DNA of 42,381 bases, taken from positions 1-42,381 of the forward strand of contig CAZNKS010000003.1 of NCBI GenBank assembly GCA_964574065.1, read 5' to 3'. The notes beneath the pieces are model-generated. The model was not told the origin of the DNA. It made no database searches and saw only the letters and a program-made list of their open reading frames with translations. The number at the start of each line of letters is the position of its first letter. Position 1 is the stretch's first letter. A program made the translations under genes and the position numbers. Shown here piece by piece: positions 42,332 through 42,381 of the stretch. The DNA is from an uncultured Pseudomonadales bacterium (GTDB lineage: Bacteria; Patescibacteriota; Microgenomatia; UBA1400; UBA12028).

Positions 42332-42381
42332 TTGCGGGGCAAGGAGTCGAACCTTGTCTGCGAGATTATGCATTCTGTAAT
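42332..42381 (-). tRNA. 3-prime part of a tRNA (T arm plus acceptor), truncated by the window edge; anticodon not assignable
   Basis: The minus strand ends ...CAAGG-TTCGACT-CCTTG-CCCCGCA-A, that is, a canonical GGTTCGAnTCC T-loop, a 7-nt acceptor 3-prime strand and the discriminator A. I could not fold a standard anticodon arm from the visible 25 nt upstream. Confidence 0.5.

Noticed and set aside
40061-42381. I considered whether the tyrosine recombinase plus nearby tRNA genes mark an integrated mobile element or prophage.
   Set aside because: There are no phage, conjugation or cargo genes. I saw no direct repeats of the tRNA 3-prime end. The recombinase is XerC/D-like and sits next to ftsK, which fits chromosome dimer resolution. 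The HTH/LAGLIDADG-like ORF is reported separately.
1-42381. I looked for CRISPR arrays, tandem repeats, IS elements and rRNA genes.
   Set aside because: Reading the intergenic regions, I saw no regularly spaced direct repeats, transposase-like ORFs or rRNA-like sequence. The only repeats noted are short inverted repeats, reported as hairpins or palindromes.
1-42381. I considered an alternative genetic code (UGA recoding, as in some CPR lineages).
   Set aside because: All conserved genes are full-length and uninterrupted under the standard code. The stops I checked are TAA or TAG in the expected positions, so there is no sign of in-frame UGA read-through being needed.

Overview
Nearly the whole window is a single minus-strand block of core information-processing genes from a compact, moderately AT-rich bacterial genome. 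From high to low coordinates it contains rpoB-rpoC, the str cluster (rpsL-rpsG-fusA-tuf), the complete S10 and spc clusters (rpsJ through rplO-secY-adk-map), and the start of the alpha cluster (infA-rpmJ-rpsM, truncated at the left edge). To the right of rpoB lies a VKOR::PyrD-like fusion gene, divergent from an L-lactate dehydrogenase, the first of only two plus-strand genes (the FtsB/DivIC-like gene is the other). Next comes a cell-envelope and division neighbourhood: mltG, ruvX, a sortase with a large bitopic protein, a short alaS, a DUF948-like protein, a RodZ-like protein, ftsK, a Xer-family recombinase and an FtsB/DivIC-like protein. The window ends with tRNA-Met(CAU), an HTH/LAGLIDADG-like ORF and a tRNA truncated at the right edge. 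I saw no rRNA, CRISPR array, transposase or prophage genes, and the standard genetic code fits every gene. Several traits suggest a Patescibacteria/CPR-like organism: no L30 gene between rpsE and rplO, a short-lid Adk, an AlaRS lacking the C-terminal domain, and Lys-rich tails on several ribosomal proteins. That placement is inference only. The items most worth a second look are: (1) the VKOR::dihydroorotate-dehydrogenase-like fusion with altered active-site residues; (2) three lineage-specific genes wedged into otherwise universal junctions (rpoC|rpsL, fusA|tuf, tuf|rpsJ); (3) a recurring layout of promoter, then terminator-like hairpin with a U-tract, then gene, seen in front of rpoB, rpsL, rplC and infA; (4) a perfect 10-4-10 palindrome immediately upstream of the xer gene that sits next to ftsK; (5) a recurrent extended -10 motif (TGnTAnnnT) and several apparently leaderless genes. 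All regulatory calls were made by eye from sequence and are not validated.
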